Assembly: GCA_905215465.1 (NCBI GenBank)
Contig: CAJMPT010000001.1
Span: forward strand, 37,684 to 101,683
DNA from: an uncultured bacterium
GTDB lineage: Bacteria > Actinomycetota > Coriobacteriia > Coriobacteriales > Atopobiaceae
Direction: 5' to 3'
DNA length: 64,000 bases
The position numbers and the translations under genes were made by a program. Shown here piece by piece: positions 10,422 through 19,416 of this stretch. Numbering within the stretch: the first letter of the stretch is position 1; the number at the start of each line of letters is the position of its first letter. The notes beneath the pieces were generated by a model, which did not search any database, was not told the origin of the DNA, and was given only the letters and a program-made list of their open reading frames with translations.

Positions 10422-11387
10422 CTAGAACTTGTCCACGAGGCCGTTGGCGCGGCCGCGCAGGTCGGCGATGGCCTCCGGGATCTTCTCCACCTCATAGGGC
10501 GTCATCTGGTAGATCCAGTTGAGCCAGTTGCGGTAGAGCAGGTTGGCGTGCGCGCGCCAGGTGAAGAGCGGCTGCTTCTCGGGGTCGTCCTCGGGGAAGT
10601 AGTTCTCGGGCACGCGGATGGGCAGGCCCTTGTGGAAGTCGCGCCAGAACTCGTCGGCCAGGGTGTCGCGGCCGTACTCAAAGTGACCAGTCACGTAGAC
10701 CTCGCGGAAGTCGCGCGTGGCCAGGATGGCCGGGCCGCTGGTGAAGCCCTCGGAGAGAACGTGCAGCTCGGGGTGGTTGGCCAGCTCGGTGGTGTCAATG
10801 GCGGCGTGGCGGGAGTGCGGCATGTAGTGCACCTCGTCAAAGCCGTTGGTGAGGAAGTTGTACTCGTCGCAGAGCCTCTGCTGGAAGACGCCAAAGAGCT
10901 TGGAGCCCAGCGGGCGCTTGGGAATCTGGTAGAGGTGCCACAGGGCGCCGAGCGCGCCCCAGCACAGGTACATGGTGGAGAAGACGTGCGTCTGGCTCCA
11001 GTCCACAATCTTGCAGAACTCGTCCCAGTAGTCCACGTCCTCAAAGGCCATGTGCTCCACGGGGGCGCCGGTGATGATGAGGCCGTCGTAATACTTGTCC
11101 TGGAAGGACTCGAAGGTGTCATAGAACTTCACCAGGTGGTCGGCCGAGACGTGCGTGGACTCGTGGCTGGAGACGCGCATGAAGTCGCAGCTAACCTGCA
11201 GCGGGGACTTTGAGATGAGGCGCAGGATCTGGGTCTCGGTCTCCACCTTCTTGGGCATGAGGTTCAGGATGGCGACGCGAAGCGGGCGGATCTGCTGGGT
11301 CTCGGCGACCTCCTCCTCCAGGGCAAAGATGCGCTCCTGGTGCAGAATCTGCTTGGCGGGGAGTCCGTCGGGGATGTTGATGGGCAT
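10422..11387 (-). CDS. metA: Homoserine O-acyltransferase (MetA family)
   Basis: MPINIPDGLPA..., RVAILNLMPKK, GLIITGAPVE, LCWGA. The 39 codons upstream in the ORF track are Arg-rich and not part of the family. Confidence 0.9.
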   Translation of the reverse strand: MPINIPDGLPAKQILHQERIFALEEEVAETQQIRPLRVAILNLMPKKVETETQILRLISKSPLQVSCDFMRVSSHESTHVSADHLVKFYDTFESFQDKYYDGLIITGAPVEHMAFEDVDYWDEFCKIVDWSQTHVFSTMYLCWGALGALWHLYQIPKRPLGSKLFGVFQQRLCDEYNFLTNGFDEVHYMPHSRHAAIDTTELANHPELHVLSEGFTSGPAILATRDFREVYVTGHFEYGRDTLADEFWRDFHKGLPIRVPENYFPEDDPEKQPLFTWRAHANLLYRNWLNWIYQMTPYEVEKIPEAIADLRGRANGLVDKF

Positions 11388-11540
11388 GGTGCGGGGTACC
11401 TTTCCGGGGCCGCAAGCGAGGCAAATGGGGCCACGCCGCCGCCCGATGCGCCGGTCGGTCCTCCGCCGGCATTGAGCTATAGCCTTTCTAGTATAGCGGG
11501 CCACATGGCGCGGACGTGGCCCGTCGCGGGGATTTGCGCG

Positions 11541-11558
11541 GCGAGAAGCCCTTCTCGC
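11541..11558 (+). promoter_or_regulatory. Perfect hairpin in the helicase 5' region built from an inverted GCGAGAAG pair
   Basis: GCGAGAAG-CC-CTTCTCGC, 36 nt upstream of the helicase ATG. Confidence 0.4.
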
Positions 11559-11593
11559 GTGCAGGAGCTGCGGATTTGTTGGATACTGCAGCT

Positions 11594-12856
11594 ATGACTA
11601 CTTCATTTGCCGAGCTCGGGCTAAACGAGCAGATCCTGGCCGGGGTTGACGCCCTTGGCTTCTCAACGCCAACGCCGGTGCAGGCCGGCGCCATCCCCGA
11701 GGTCCTGGCGGGCAGGGACGTCGTTGCCTCCGCCCAGACCGGAACGGGCAAGACCGCCGCATTTGCCCTGCCCACGCTGCAGCGCATTGCCGACAAGTCC
11801 GGCCACGGCCCCCACGCGCTGGTGGTAACCCCCACGCGCGAGCTTGCCGCGCAGATTGACGACGTGGTGAAGGTCGTCTGCCAGAAGACCGGGCAGCGCG
11901 CCGTCATCGTCATGGGCGGCGCCAAGTTCGACAAGCAGATCGCCGCGCTGGAGAAGGGCTGCGACCTGCTGGTCGCCACCCCCGGCCGTCTGCTTGACCT
12001 CATGGAGCACAACCACGTGAGCCTGGCTGGCGTGGAGGTCCTCGTCCTGGACGAGGCCGACCGCATGCTGGACATGGGCTTCTGGCCCTCCGTGCGCCGC
12101 ATCATGCACGCGCTCCCCGCGCAGCACCAGACGCTGCTCTTCTCGGCCACCATCCCGCCCTCCATCAAGAGCACCATCGACGCCATGCTGCACGAGCCCG
12201 CCGTGGTGGAGATCTCGCGCGTGGGCGAGACGGCCGACACGGTGGAGGAGCACCTCTGCCCCGTGACCCAGGCGCAGAAGCCCGAGCTGCTGCGCGCGCT
12301 GCTGGACACCGGCGGAGCCTCCGGGCAGCGCCCCGAGCGCGTCCTGGTCTTCTGCCGCACCAAGCACCGCGTTGACGACGTGAGTGCCATGCTCAAGAAT
12401 GCCCAGGTCAAGGTTGACGTCATGCACGCTGACCGCCCACAGCAGGCCCGTGCCCGCGCGCTGGAGCGCTTCCGCGAGGGCAAGGTCCAGGTGCTCGTGG
12501 CCACCGACGTCATGAGCCGTGGCATCGACGTAGCCGGAGTGGACGCGGTCGTCAACTTTGACGTGCCCATGGACCCCGAGGACTACGTGCACCGCATCGG
12601 CCGCACGGGCCGCGCCGGCGCAACCGGTCACGCCTACACCTTCGTGGCTCCTGACGAGATCAGCCCGCTCAGGGAGATCGAGTACTTCACCAAGAAGCTC
12701 GTCCCCGTCTGGGACCTGCCCGGATTCTCCTACGACGCCGGCCGCATCGTGCCGCAGGAGGGCCGCTCCACCAAGAAGCCCAGCCGCACCATGTTCAGCG
12801 GCTCGCGCTCGCGCGGGCGCGGCATCAGCGGCGGCCGCTACGGCAGGCACTACTAG
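11594..12856 (+). CDS. DEAD-box ATP-dependent RNA helicase
   Basis: Q motif (GFSTPTPVQ), AQTGTGKT, VLDEADRML, SAT, HRIGRTGRAG and an Arg/Gly/Ser-rich tail. Confidence 0.95.
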   Translation: MTTSFAELGLNEQILAGVDALGFSTPTPVQAGAIPEVLAGRDVVASAQTGTGKTAAFALPTLQRIADKSGHGPHALVVTPTRELAAQIDDVVKVVCQKTGQRAVIVMGGAKFDKQIAALEKGCDLLVATPGRLLDLMEHNHVSLAGVEVLVLDEADRMLDMGFWPSVRRIMHALPAQHQTLLFSATIPPSIKSTIDAMLHEPAVVEISRVGETADTVEEHLCPVTQAQKPELLRALLDTGGASGQRPERVLVFCRTKHRVDDVSAMLKNAQVKVDVMHADRPQQARARALERFREGKVQVLVATDVMSRGIDVAGVDAVVNFDVPMDPEDYVHRIGRTGRAGATGHAYTFVAPDEISPLREIEYFTKKLVPVWDLPGFSYDAGRIVPQEGRSTKKPSRTMFSGSRSRGRGISGGRYGRHY

Positions 12857-12878
12857 CAAGCAGCGGCCCGTCGCGGGT

Positions 12879-13131
12879 CCCAAAATACGTTTTGGGTTCG
12901 GCGTTTGAGCCGCAGTCGCAAGACCAAAACACAAAACCGCAGGCAGAGAGCTTGGCGCTTCTCGAAGAACCCGCAAACCTCTGGAAGCCCGAACCCAAAT
13001 CCATATTGGAATTGGGTTCGGGCTTCTTTCGAATTGCGCATGTTGAGAAGAGCCGCTCGCCGTCTACCTGCGCTTTTGAGCAAACGTATACTAGGGTCCG
13101 TCAAAACCGCGAACCCAAAACGTATTTTGGG
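12879..13131. repeat. Family-C MITE-like element with perfect 22-bp terminal inverted repeats
   Basis: CCCAAAATACGTTTTGGGTTCG (12879-12900) is the exact reverse complement of CGAACCCAAAACGTATTTTGGG (13110-13131). A central 35-nt near-palindrome at 12988-13022 has the same GAACCCAAA core. Confidence 0.8.
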
Positions 13132-13203
13132 CGATTTTTGGGCGTCTCTTGGGCGCCATTTGCCCCCGCAAGTCCCCGCAAGCCACCGAAGGAGAGTCAG
13201 ATC

Positions 13204-14490
13204 GTGAAGCAGGCGCGTCCGTATCCCCAGGTCGTCATCAGTAGAAAGGCCGCCCGCTCGCTCAAGGCCGGCCACCCGTGGGTCTTTGAGGGCGAGATCG
13301 TGCGCACAGAGCCGGCCGCGGACGGCACGCCCGTCGCAAACGGCGGCGTAGTGGACCTCTTTGAGGAGAATGGCACCTGGCAGGGAGCCGGTCTCATCTC
13401 CCAGAACAGCAAGATCCGCGTGCGCATGGTGACGAGAAACGCAAACGACCGCATCGACGAGGCCTTCTGGGCCCGCCGCGTGGCCTGGGCCTGGCAGCAC
13501 CGCCGCGTGGCCATGGGCGGTCGCGCGCTGCCCGGCTGCGAGCCGGACACCAACTGCTGCCGCGTGCTCTTCTCCGAGGCGGACAGCATGCCCGGCCTCA
13601 TCGTGGACCGCTACGAGCACGTGCTGGTCACACAGGTGGGAACCGTGGGCATGGAGCTGCTGCGCCCCGTCATCTACCCGCTGCTTCTCAAGACGCTGCG
13701 GGAGGACGGCCAGGACGTCCGCGCCATCTACGAGCGCAACGACTCCCCGTCCCGCGCCAAGGAGGGCCTGTCCCAGTACAAGGGCTGGTGGGAGGGCCAG
13801 GGCGCCGAGGTGCCCGAGACCCCGCGCATCATGGTGGTTGAGAACGGCCTCAAGTTTGGCCTGGACATAGAGAACAGCCAGAAGACCGGCTTCTTCCTTG
13901 ATCAGAAGTACAACCGCCGCGCCGTGCGCGAGCTGGCCGGCGGCCGTCGCGTGCTGGACTGCTTCTGCCACGTGGGACCCTTCGGCCTCAACGCGGCTGC
14001 GGGCGGGGCGGAGTTCGTCCGCTGCGTGGACGTGAGCCAGACGGCCATAGACCTGGCCGCCGACAACGCCCGCCTGAACGGCCTTGAGGCAACCATGGAC
14101 TTCACCTGCGCAAACGTCCTCGAGTACCTGCCCGAGCTGGCGCGAGACCGCAAGCGCCTCCGCGAGGAGGGCGGCCCCTTCGACCTCATCGTGCTCGACC
14201 CGCCGGCCTTCACCAAGAGCCGCGGCACCGTGGAGCACGCCAGCAAGGGCTACCGCGAGATCAACTACGCGGCCATGAGGCTGCTCCCGCGTGGCGGATA
14301 CCTAGCCACGTGCAGCTGCAGCCACTTCATGACCACCGAGCTGCTCAAGCGCGCCATCGCCGACGCCGCCCACCAGGCAAACGTGCAGCTCAAGCAGATC
14401 GAGGAGCGCCAGCAGGCGCCGGACCACCCCATCCTCTGGGGCGCGCCTGAGACCCACTACCTGGACTTCCTCACCTTCCAGGTGGTCTAG
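13204..14490 (+). CDS. rlmI: SAM-dependent rRNA (cytosine-C5) methyltransferase, RlmI/COG1092 type
   Basis: PUA-like N-terminus (KAGHPWVFEGEI) and methyltransferase motifs VLDCFCHVGPFG and LDPPAFTKS. GTG 13204 lies 7 nt after GAAGGAGAG. The upstream 104 codons of the ORF cross the repeat element. Confidence 0.8.
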   Translation: MKQARPYPQVVISRKAARSLKAGHPWVFEGEIVRTEPAADGTPVANGGVVDLFEENGTWQGAGLISQNSKIRVRMVTRNANDRIDEAFWARRVAWAWQHRRVAMGGRALPGCEPDTNCCRVLFSEADSMPGLIVDRYEHVLVTQVGTVGMELLRPVIYPLLLKTLREDGQDVRAIYERNDSPSRAKEGLSQYKGWWEGQGAEVPETPRIMVVENGLKFGLDIENSQKTGFFLDQKYNRRAVRELAGGRRVLDCFCHVGPFGLNAAAGGAEFVRCVDVSQTAIDLAADNARLNGLEATMDFTCANVLEYLPELARDRKRLREEGGPFDLIVLDPPAFTKSRGTVEHASKGYREINYAAMRLLPRGGYLATCSCSHFMTTELLKRAIADAAHQANVQLKQIEERQQAPDHPILWGAPETHYLDFLTFQVV

Positions 14491-14501
14491 CTTTCCCTCG
14501 G

Positions 14502-14663
14502 GGGGCGGCCGCCGGCTCCATCGGCGCCGACAGCACCTGGCTCGTAGCCGCAAACTCCCTGGGCACCAGCGCTGGCAAGATGCTGAGCCCGCAGAACATC
14601 GCCATCGGCTGCGCCATCGCCATGGCCGTCCTGGTCCTTGTGGGCTCCATCGCCCTGGGGTAG
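14502..14663 (+). pseudogene. C-terminal fragment of an L-lactate/glycolate permease (LctP family) gene
   Basis: Manual translation gives ...GSIGADSTWLVAANSLGTSAGKMLSPQNIAIGCAIAMAVLVLVGSIALG*. The AANS.G...GKM(I/L)SPQ(S/N)IA block is the LctP signature. There is no upstream body, since the frame starts right after the rlmI stop. Confidence 0.5.
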
Positions 14664-14681
14664 GAGCCGCGGCAAGAGGCA

Positions 14682-14833
14682 CTTCTCGCCTGGCGGGGCT
14701 GCGGGTTCCTTGCTGTGAACGTCTGGCACGTCAGTTCAGCCGTTCAGTGAATGTCTGTCTTCAATTCAGGCGTTCACTGAACGGCTGTTTTGCTATCTAA
14801 GGCGTTCACGGCAAGAGGAACCGCGGCGAGAAG
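14682..14833. repeat. Family-B palindromic element, copy 1 (inverted relative to copies 2 and 3), with outer CTTCTCGCC/GGCGAGAAG arms
   Basis: The core at 14715-14809 is GTGAACG...CGTTCAGTGAA...CGTTCACTGAACG...CGTTCAC. The outer arms GCACTTCTCGCC...GGTTCCT and AGGAACC..GGCGAGAAGTGC are mutually complementary. Confidence 0.85.
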
Positions 14834-14932
14834 TGCCCGCCGCCCGTACTCCCTCCCCACCAAAAAGGGCGCGCCGGTCGCACTGACCGACGCGCCCCAT
14901 TCCAGGCGAGAAGAGCCTCCGGCGGAAGCCCC

Positions 14933-15484
14933 CTAGAACTTGACCTGCGGGGCCTGGCGGACGGCCGGGTCCTCCACGGTGAAGCCGGTGCGCGGCTTGT
15001 ACTTGCTGCCGGCCACGAGCGTGCCCGGGAAGGTCTGGATGGCGTCGTTGTAGTCCAGGACCATGTCGTTGTAGCTCATGCGGGCGTAGCTAATCTTGTT
15101 CTCGGTGTCGGTGAGGTCAGTCTGAAGCTGCGCAAAGTTGGCGTTGGCCTTGAGGTCCGGGTAGGCCTCGGACACGGCGAGAAGCCCACGCAGGGCCTGG
15201 GTCAGCTGGCCAGAGGCCTCCATCTTGGCCTCAGGCGTGGTGGCGGTGGCCACGGCGTTGCGCGCGGCGGTGACGGCCTCGAGGGTGCCGGACTCGTGAG
15301 CGGCGTAGCCCTTGACGGTCTCGACCAGGTTGGGGATGAGGTCGTTCCTGCGCTGGAGCTGCGCGTCGATGGTCTGCCAGGCGGCGTCGCACTTGTTGTT
15401 CTTCTGGACGATGCCGTTGTTGATGCTCATCCAGATGAAGAACAGAACCAAAAGCAGGGCGGCAATAACAAGAGCAACGATCAT
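14933..15484 (-). CDS. lemA: LemA family membrane protein
   Basis: N-terminal TM then NNGIVQKNNKCDAAWQTIDAQLQRRNDLIPNLVETVKGYAAHE. AAGGAGGA RBS before ATG 15484. The longer ORF runs through the tRNA gene. Confidence 0.9.
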   Translation of the reverse strand: MIVALVIAALLLVLFFIWMSINNGIVQKNNKCDAAWQTIDAQLQRRNDLIPNLVETVKGYAAHESGTLEAVTAARNAVATATTPEAKMEASGQLTQALRGLLAVSEAYPDLKANANFAQLQTDLTDTENKISYARMSYNDMVLDYNDAIQTFPGTLVAGSKYKPRTGFTVEDPAVRQAPQVKF

Positions 15485-15545
15485 GGTGGTCCTCCTTAGG
15501 ACGGCCACGGCCCGCAAGCCCAATGGCCCGGCAACAGGGGCTCTA

Positions 15546-15636
15546 TGGCGGAGGAGGAGGGATTCGAACCCTCGGAACGGGGTTACCGCTCGACGGTTTT
15601 CAAGACCGCTGCATTCAACCACTCTGCCACTCCTCC
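15546..15636 (-). tRNA. tRNA-Ser (anticodon UGA)
   Basis: GGAGGAG acceptor stem paired with CTCCTCC-G-CCA, anticodon loop CUUGAAA, long variable arm, T-loop GGTTCGAATCC. Confidence 0.9.
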
Positions 15637-15708
15637 GTGGTTTGAGCGGTACTATCGTACCCCATGGCAGAGCGTTTGAACCCCAAGAGACCCCGAGGAG
15701 CCCAACAC

Positions 15709-16257
15709 ATGTCCGACGACGAGAAGTACATGCGCCTGGCCCTCGCTGAGGCGGACGCCGCGGCGGCCGAGGGCGAGGTACCCATCGGTGCCGTGGTGGT
15801 CTGCGACGGCCAGGTGGTCGCGCGCGCTCACAACCGCCGCGAGCTGGACCTTGACCCCTCGGCCCACGCGGAGTTCAGCGCCATGGTGGCCGCCTCGCGC
15901 GCGCTCGGCCGCTGGCGGCTCTCCGGATGCACCGTCTACGTCACGCTGGAGCCCTGTCTCATGTGCGCTGGCCTCATGGTCAACGCCCGCATAGACCGCT
16001 GCGTCTTTGGCGCCGCAGACCCCAAGGGCGGCGCGCTGGGCACCCTCTACGACGTCAGCCATGACCCGCGGCTCAACCACGAGTTCGAGGTCACCCCCGG
16101 CGTCCTCGCCGACGAGGCGGCCGAGCAGCTCCGCAGCTTCTTCCGCGCGCGGCGAGAAGCCCACAAGTCCGCAAAGGCCCAGGCCGGCGCTGGCGAGGTG
16201 CCCGGCGCCAGCGCTGCCTGCGGTGCCGAGACTCCCGCGGCCACCCCAAAGGCCTAG
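15709..16257 (+). CDS. tadA: tRNA-specific adenosine deaminase TadA
   Basis: CDA zinc motifs HAEFSAM and LEPCLMCAG. Adjacent to a tRNA gene. Ala/Gly-rich C-terminal tail. Confidence 0.9.
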   Translation: MSDDEKYMRLALAEADAAAAEGEVPIGAVVVCDGQVVARAHNRRELDLDPSAHAEFSAMVAASRALGRWRLSGCTVYVTLEPCLMCAGLMVNARIDRCVFGAADPKGGALGTLYDVSHDPRLNHEFEVTPGVLADEAAEQLRSFFRARREAHKSAKAQAGAGEVPGASAACGAETPAATPKA

Positions 16258-16260
16258 TCC

Positions 16261-19200
16261 CTACTCCCGCGCGTCCTTCTCGCCAGATCTGGAGCCACGG
16301 GCGCGGCGGCGCTGCCAGACGCCGCGGACCCACCTGATGACGGCAAGGGCGCAGACGAGGTCGGCCCAGGCAAGGGCCACGCTCACGTACTGGACGCCAG
16401 GCACCTTGACGGGGCGCACGAGCTGGGCGGAGCCGTCGAGCGCGGCCTCCTGGTTGTAGGCCAGGTTGGTTGCCCGCGCGTTCAGCCACGCATAGAGCAC
16501 GTCCTTGGTCGCTCGGCGCAGGTTGCCGGCAAACGCCACGGCCTCGTTGGCCTGCTGGCCGCCAGCTGCCGCAGCCGACGAGAGCTCGCTCTGCGTGAAG
16601 CCAAACTCAAAGGCGCCGTTGCGGAAGACGCCATCCATGAAGAGGTCGCCTCCGGCGGCGAGCATCTGGTCGGCGTTCATGTACGCATGGTGGTCTGCGT
16701 AGTCGGTGATGACGCAGCCGGCAAAGCCCCACTCGCCGCGCAGCACGCCCGTGATGAGGCCGGCGTTGCCGCCCGCCCATGTTGCGCCCAGTCGGTTGTA
16801 CGAGGTCATGATGCCTGTGGCACCGCTGCGCGCGAGCATGCGGAAGGCGGGCAGGTAGACCTCGCGCAGGGCCTGCTCGGTCATCCACTCATAGAGGGAG
16901 TCGCGGTAGGTGTCCTGGCTGTTTGCCACGAGGTGCTTCACAAAGCAGTACGTGCCGGCCTCCTTGGAGCCCGCCACCACCTGCGAGGCCATGGCGCCAG
17001 AGACCAGCGGGTCCTCGGAGTAGTACTCGTAGTTGCGGCCTCCCAGCGGCGTGCGGTGCACGTTCACGCTCGGCGCATACCAGCCGTCGACGCCAATGGT
17101 CGCGCACTCAAGCCCCACCTGGCGGCCGTATTCGCGGGCCAGCTCCTTGCTCCAGGTCTGCGCCAGCACCGTGGCGCCCGGGTAGGCCACGCCCATGCTC
17201 AGCTGGTTGAACGAACCAACCTGCGAGGGGCCGTCCACCTCCTTGGTGCGGGGCTTGCCAATCCCGTCGATCTTTCCGGTGGAGATGTAGCCGTGAAGCA
17301 CGACGCGTTCCATGTCGGCAACGGAGAGCTGGTCGAGAAGGTCGTCCCACGCCTCGTCGGAGTAGCTCATGCCCAGCTGGCGCCCCAGCTCCGTAAGCTC
17401 GCCGTCGTCGGAGAGCAGGTGGCTCTCGCCGGAGGTAGTGGCCAGCGGGTAGGCCACCTTCGCGGAGTCCGTCGACGCCACGTAGGACTCGGCCGCCACA
17501 GCCGCCTGATCATCGTCATAGAGGTTGCGCGCCGCCACGTTGCCCGCCATCTCGCGGTCGGCGTCCCCACGGCGCGGGAAGGTCCCCGCAAAGTCCGCGC
17601 GCGAGAGCCAGGTGATGCCCGCTTCGGAGTTGGAGCCATCAATGGAGACGCCGTCCCAGGCGGAGTCCCCCGTGAAGCGGTTCTCCACGGTGGCGCCGGT
17701 CTTGATGTCGTCGGGGCACTGGATGGTGCGCGGAATCCACAGCATGGTGCTGGCAAACTCGCAGTCGGCCACCGTGCGCGCATCTCGACGCAGCTCCACC
17801 ATGTACTCGCCACGCTCTAGCTCGTAGCCGGCAAAGCCGTCCCCGTCCGCGTCGCTGTAGTCGTAGGAGGCCACGTCGTCCATAGAGAACGAAAGCGATA
17901 TCTCCTGGGTCTCGCCGGGCTTGAGCAGGCGGGTCTTCTCGTAGGCCACAAGGACCGCCGCGCTCTTCTCGATGCCGCCCTTGGTGTAGGGCGGGGCGCA
18001 GTAGAGCTGGACCACGTCACGTCCGGCCACGGTGCCCGTGTTGGTGACCTTCACGCGGATGCTGAAGTCGGTCTTGCGGCCCACCGTGGTGCCCTGACCG
18101 GGAGAGCGGCCCGTGACCTCCCACTTGAAGCTGGTGTAGCTGAGGCCGTAGCCAAACGGGTACTGGACCACGCCTTCGTAGCCCTGGCCGTGCTGGTTGC
18201 TCACGCCGTCCCAGAAGCCCTCGGCGTCGGCCGTCTCGTACCAGCGATAGCCCACGTAGATGCCCTCGGCGTAGTCGCAGAAGCGCACGGCGTCGTAGGG
18301 CTCGGCCACGCCAACGTTGGAGTTCATGGTGCCGTCGGCCGGGTAGAGCCCCTGGCCGTTGGTGTAGATGCCCTCGCCCATGGCGCCGGAGTTTTCCCAG
18401 CTGGCGGCCGTGGAGAGGTCATAGGCGTAGGTGTCGGTCGTGCGGCCGGATGGGTTGGTGCGCCCCCAGAGGGCGTCCGCCACGGCGCGCGTGCCCTCGC
18501 CGCCCGTCGTACCCACCAGCATGCAGGCGTCGATGCCGGGCGTGGTCTCAAGCTCGCCCAGCTCCATGGCGTTTGTAGAGTTGACCAGCACCACCACGTG
18601 CTCGTAGTTCTTGCCCACGTAGCGCAGCAGGTCCTCTTCCTCCTGAGAGAGCTCCAGGTAGCTGCGGGTGACGTCGATGTCCACCACGCCGCCGCGGGCG
18701 TCCACCTTGTACTGGGCGCGCGGGCAGTCGATGCTCTCGCCCGCCGTGCGCGAGATGACCACCAGCGCCGTGTCCGAGTACTTCTCCGCGTTGGCGAGAA
18801 GGTCGTCTGAGTAGCAGCTCTTGTCGTAGATGGAGGGCTCGTACAGGCGGCAGAACTCCGAGGCGCGGCTGGAGAGGGCGCCCACGCTCTTGTACGGGCG
18901 CTCGCCGCAGAAGCTGCGGTACATGTCCGTGAGCTGGGTGTTGTACGAGACGCCCTCGTCGGAAAGGGCCGTCAGCAGGCCCGTGGTCTGGCCGGAAACC
19001 TGGCCGGAGCCGGAGCCGGAGGCCACCCACTGCGTGGACGCCCAGCCAAAGACGTTGACCTGCGTGCAGCCCTCCGGCAGGGGCAGGGCCTCGTCGTCGT
19101 TCTTGAGAAGGACCAGCCCCTCGCCCTCGATGCGCTGGGCAAGCTGGGCGCCCGCCTGCATGGTGGCGTCCTTCTCCTCGGCCGTGACCTGGATCTTGTC

Positions 19201-19416
19201 GCCACCCAGGTAGGACTCGACGGTGTCTCCCATGAGGGCCATGGCCACGTTGGCCGCCACCACGCCGGCGACGGCCGCAACGGCAAGCACGCGCGAGCCT
19301 ACGTGTAGCGCACGGCGGCCAAGGGCCCGACGCCCTTCCCGCACCTGGTCCCGCTGGCCAGCGTCCCGCCGCTCCGTGCCCTTCTCTGCGTCCGCGTCCC
19401 TCTTGCTCCTGAGCAA
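16261..19416 (-). CDS. Glycoside hydrolase family 3 (beta-glucosidase/xylosidase-like) with N- and C-terminal membrane anchors
   Basis: GH3 motifs (RTPLGGRNYEYYSEDP, WGFAGCVITDY), a GH3 C-domain and an Fn3-like domain. Hydrophobic segments occur at both ends. The start is uncertain: TTG 19416 lies 7 nt after AGGAGG, and the track ORF begins at TTG 19434. Confidence 0.85.
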   Translation of the reverse strand: MLRSKRDADAEKGTERRDAGQRDQVREGRRALGRRALHVGSRVLAVAAVAGVVAANVAMALMGDTVESYLGGDKIQVTAEEKDATMQAGAQLAQRIEGEGLVLLKNDDEALPLPEGCTQVNVFGWASTQWVASGSGSGQVSGQTTGLLTALSDEGVSYNTQLTDMYRSFCGERPYKSVGALSSRASEFCRLYEPSIYDKSCYSDDLLANAEKYSDTALVVISRTAGESIDCPRAQYKVDARGGVVDIDVTRSYLELSQEEEDLLRYVGKNYEHVVVLVNSTNAMELGELETTPGIDACMLVGTTGGEGTRAVADALWGRTNPSGRTTDTYAYDLSTAASWENSGAMGEGIYTNGQGLYPADGTMNSNVGVAEPYDAVRFCDYAEGIYVGYRWYETADAEGFWDGVSNQHGQGYEGVVQYPFGYGLSYTSFKWEVTGRSPGQGTTVGRKTDFSIRVKVTNTGTVAGRDVVQLYCAPPYTKGGIEKSAAVLVAYEKTRLLKPGETQEISLSFSMDDVASYDYSDADGDGFAGYELERGEYMVELRRDARTVADCEFASTMLWIPRTIQCPDDIKTGATVENRFTGDSAWDGVSIDGSNSEAGITWLSRADFAGTFPRRGDADREMAGNVAARNLYDDDQAAVAAESYVASTDSAKVAYPLATTSGESHLLSDDGELTELGRQLGMSYSDEAWDDLLDQLSVADMERVVLHGYISTGKIDGIGKPRTKEVDGPSQVGSFNQLSMGVAYPGATVLAQTWSKELAREYGRQVGLECATIGVDGWYAPSVNVHRTPLGGRNYEYYSEDPLVSGAMASQVVAGSKEAGTYCFVKHLVANSQDTYRDSLYEWMTEQALREVYLPAFRMLARSGATGIMTSYNRLGATWAGGNAGLITGVLRGEWGFAGCVITDYADHHAYMNADQMLAAGGDLFMDGVFRNGAFEFGFTQSELSSAAAAGGQQANEAVAFAGNLRRATKDVLYAWLNARATNLAYNQEAALDGSAQLVRPVKVPGVQYVSVALAWADLVCALAVIRWVRGVWQRRRARGSRSGEKDARE

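Noticed and set aside
11388-11593. SAM riboswitch in the metA leader.
   Set aside because: The region is G+C-rich and structured (for example GGCGGAGGACCGACCGGCGCATCGGGCGG). I could not align the conserved SAM-I/SAM-IV core elements by eye, and the spacer is shared with the divergent helicase promoter. A covariance-model scan (Rfam/Infernal) would be needed.
12892-13203. 104-codon upstream extension of the rlmI ORF.
   Set aside because: It runs through the family-C repeat element. Homology and a strong RBS (GAAGGAGAG) begin at GTG 13204.
15485-15622. N-terminal extension of the lemA ORF (14933-15622).
   Set aside because: It overlaps the tRNA-Ser gene. The LemA sequence and the AAGGAGGA RBS start at 15484.
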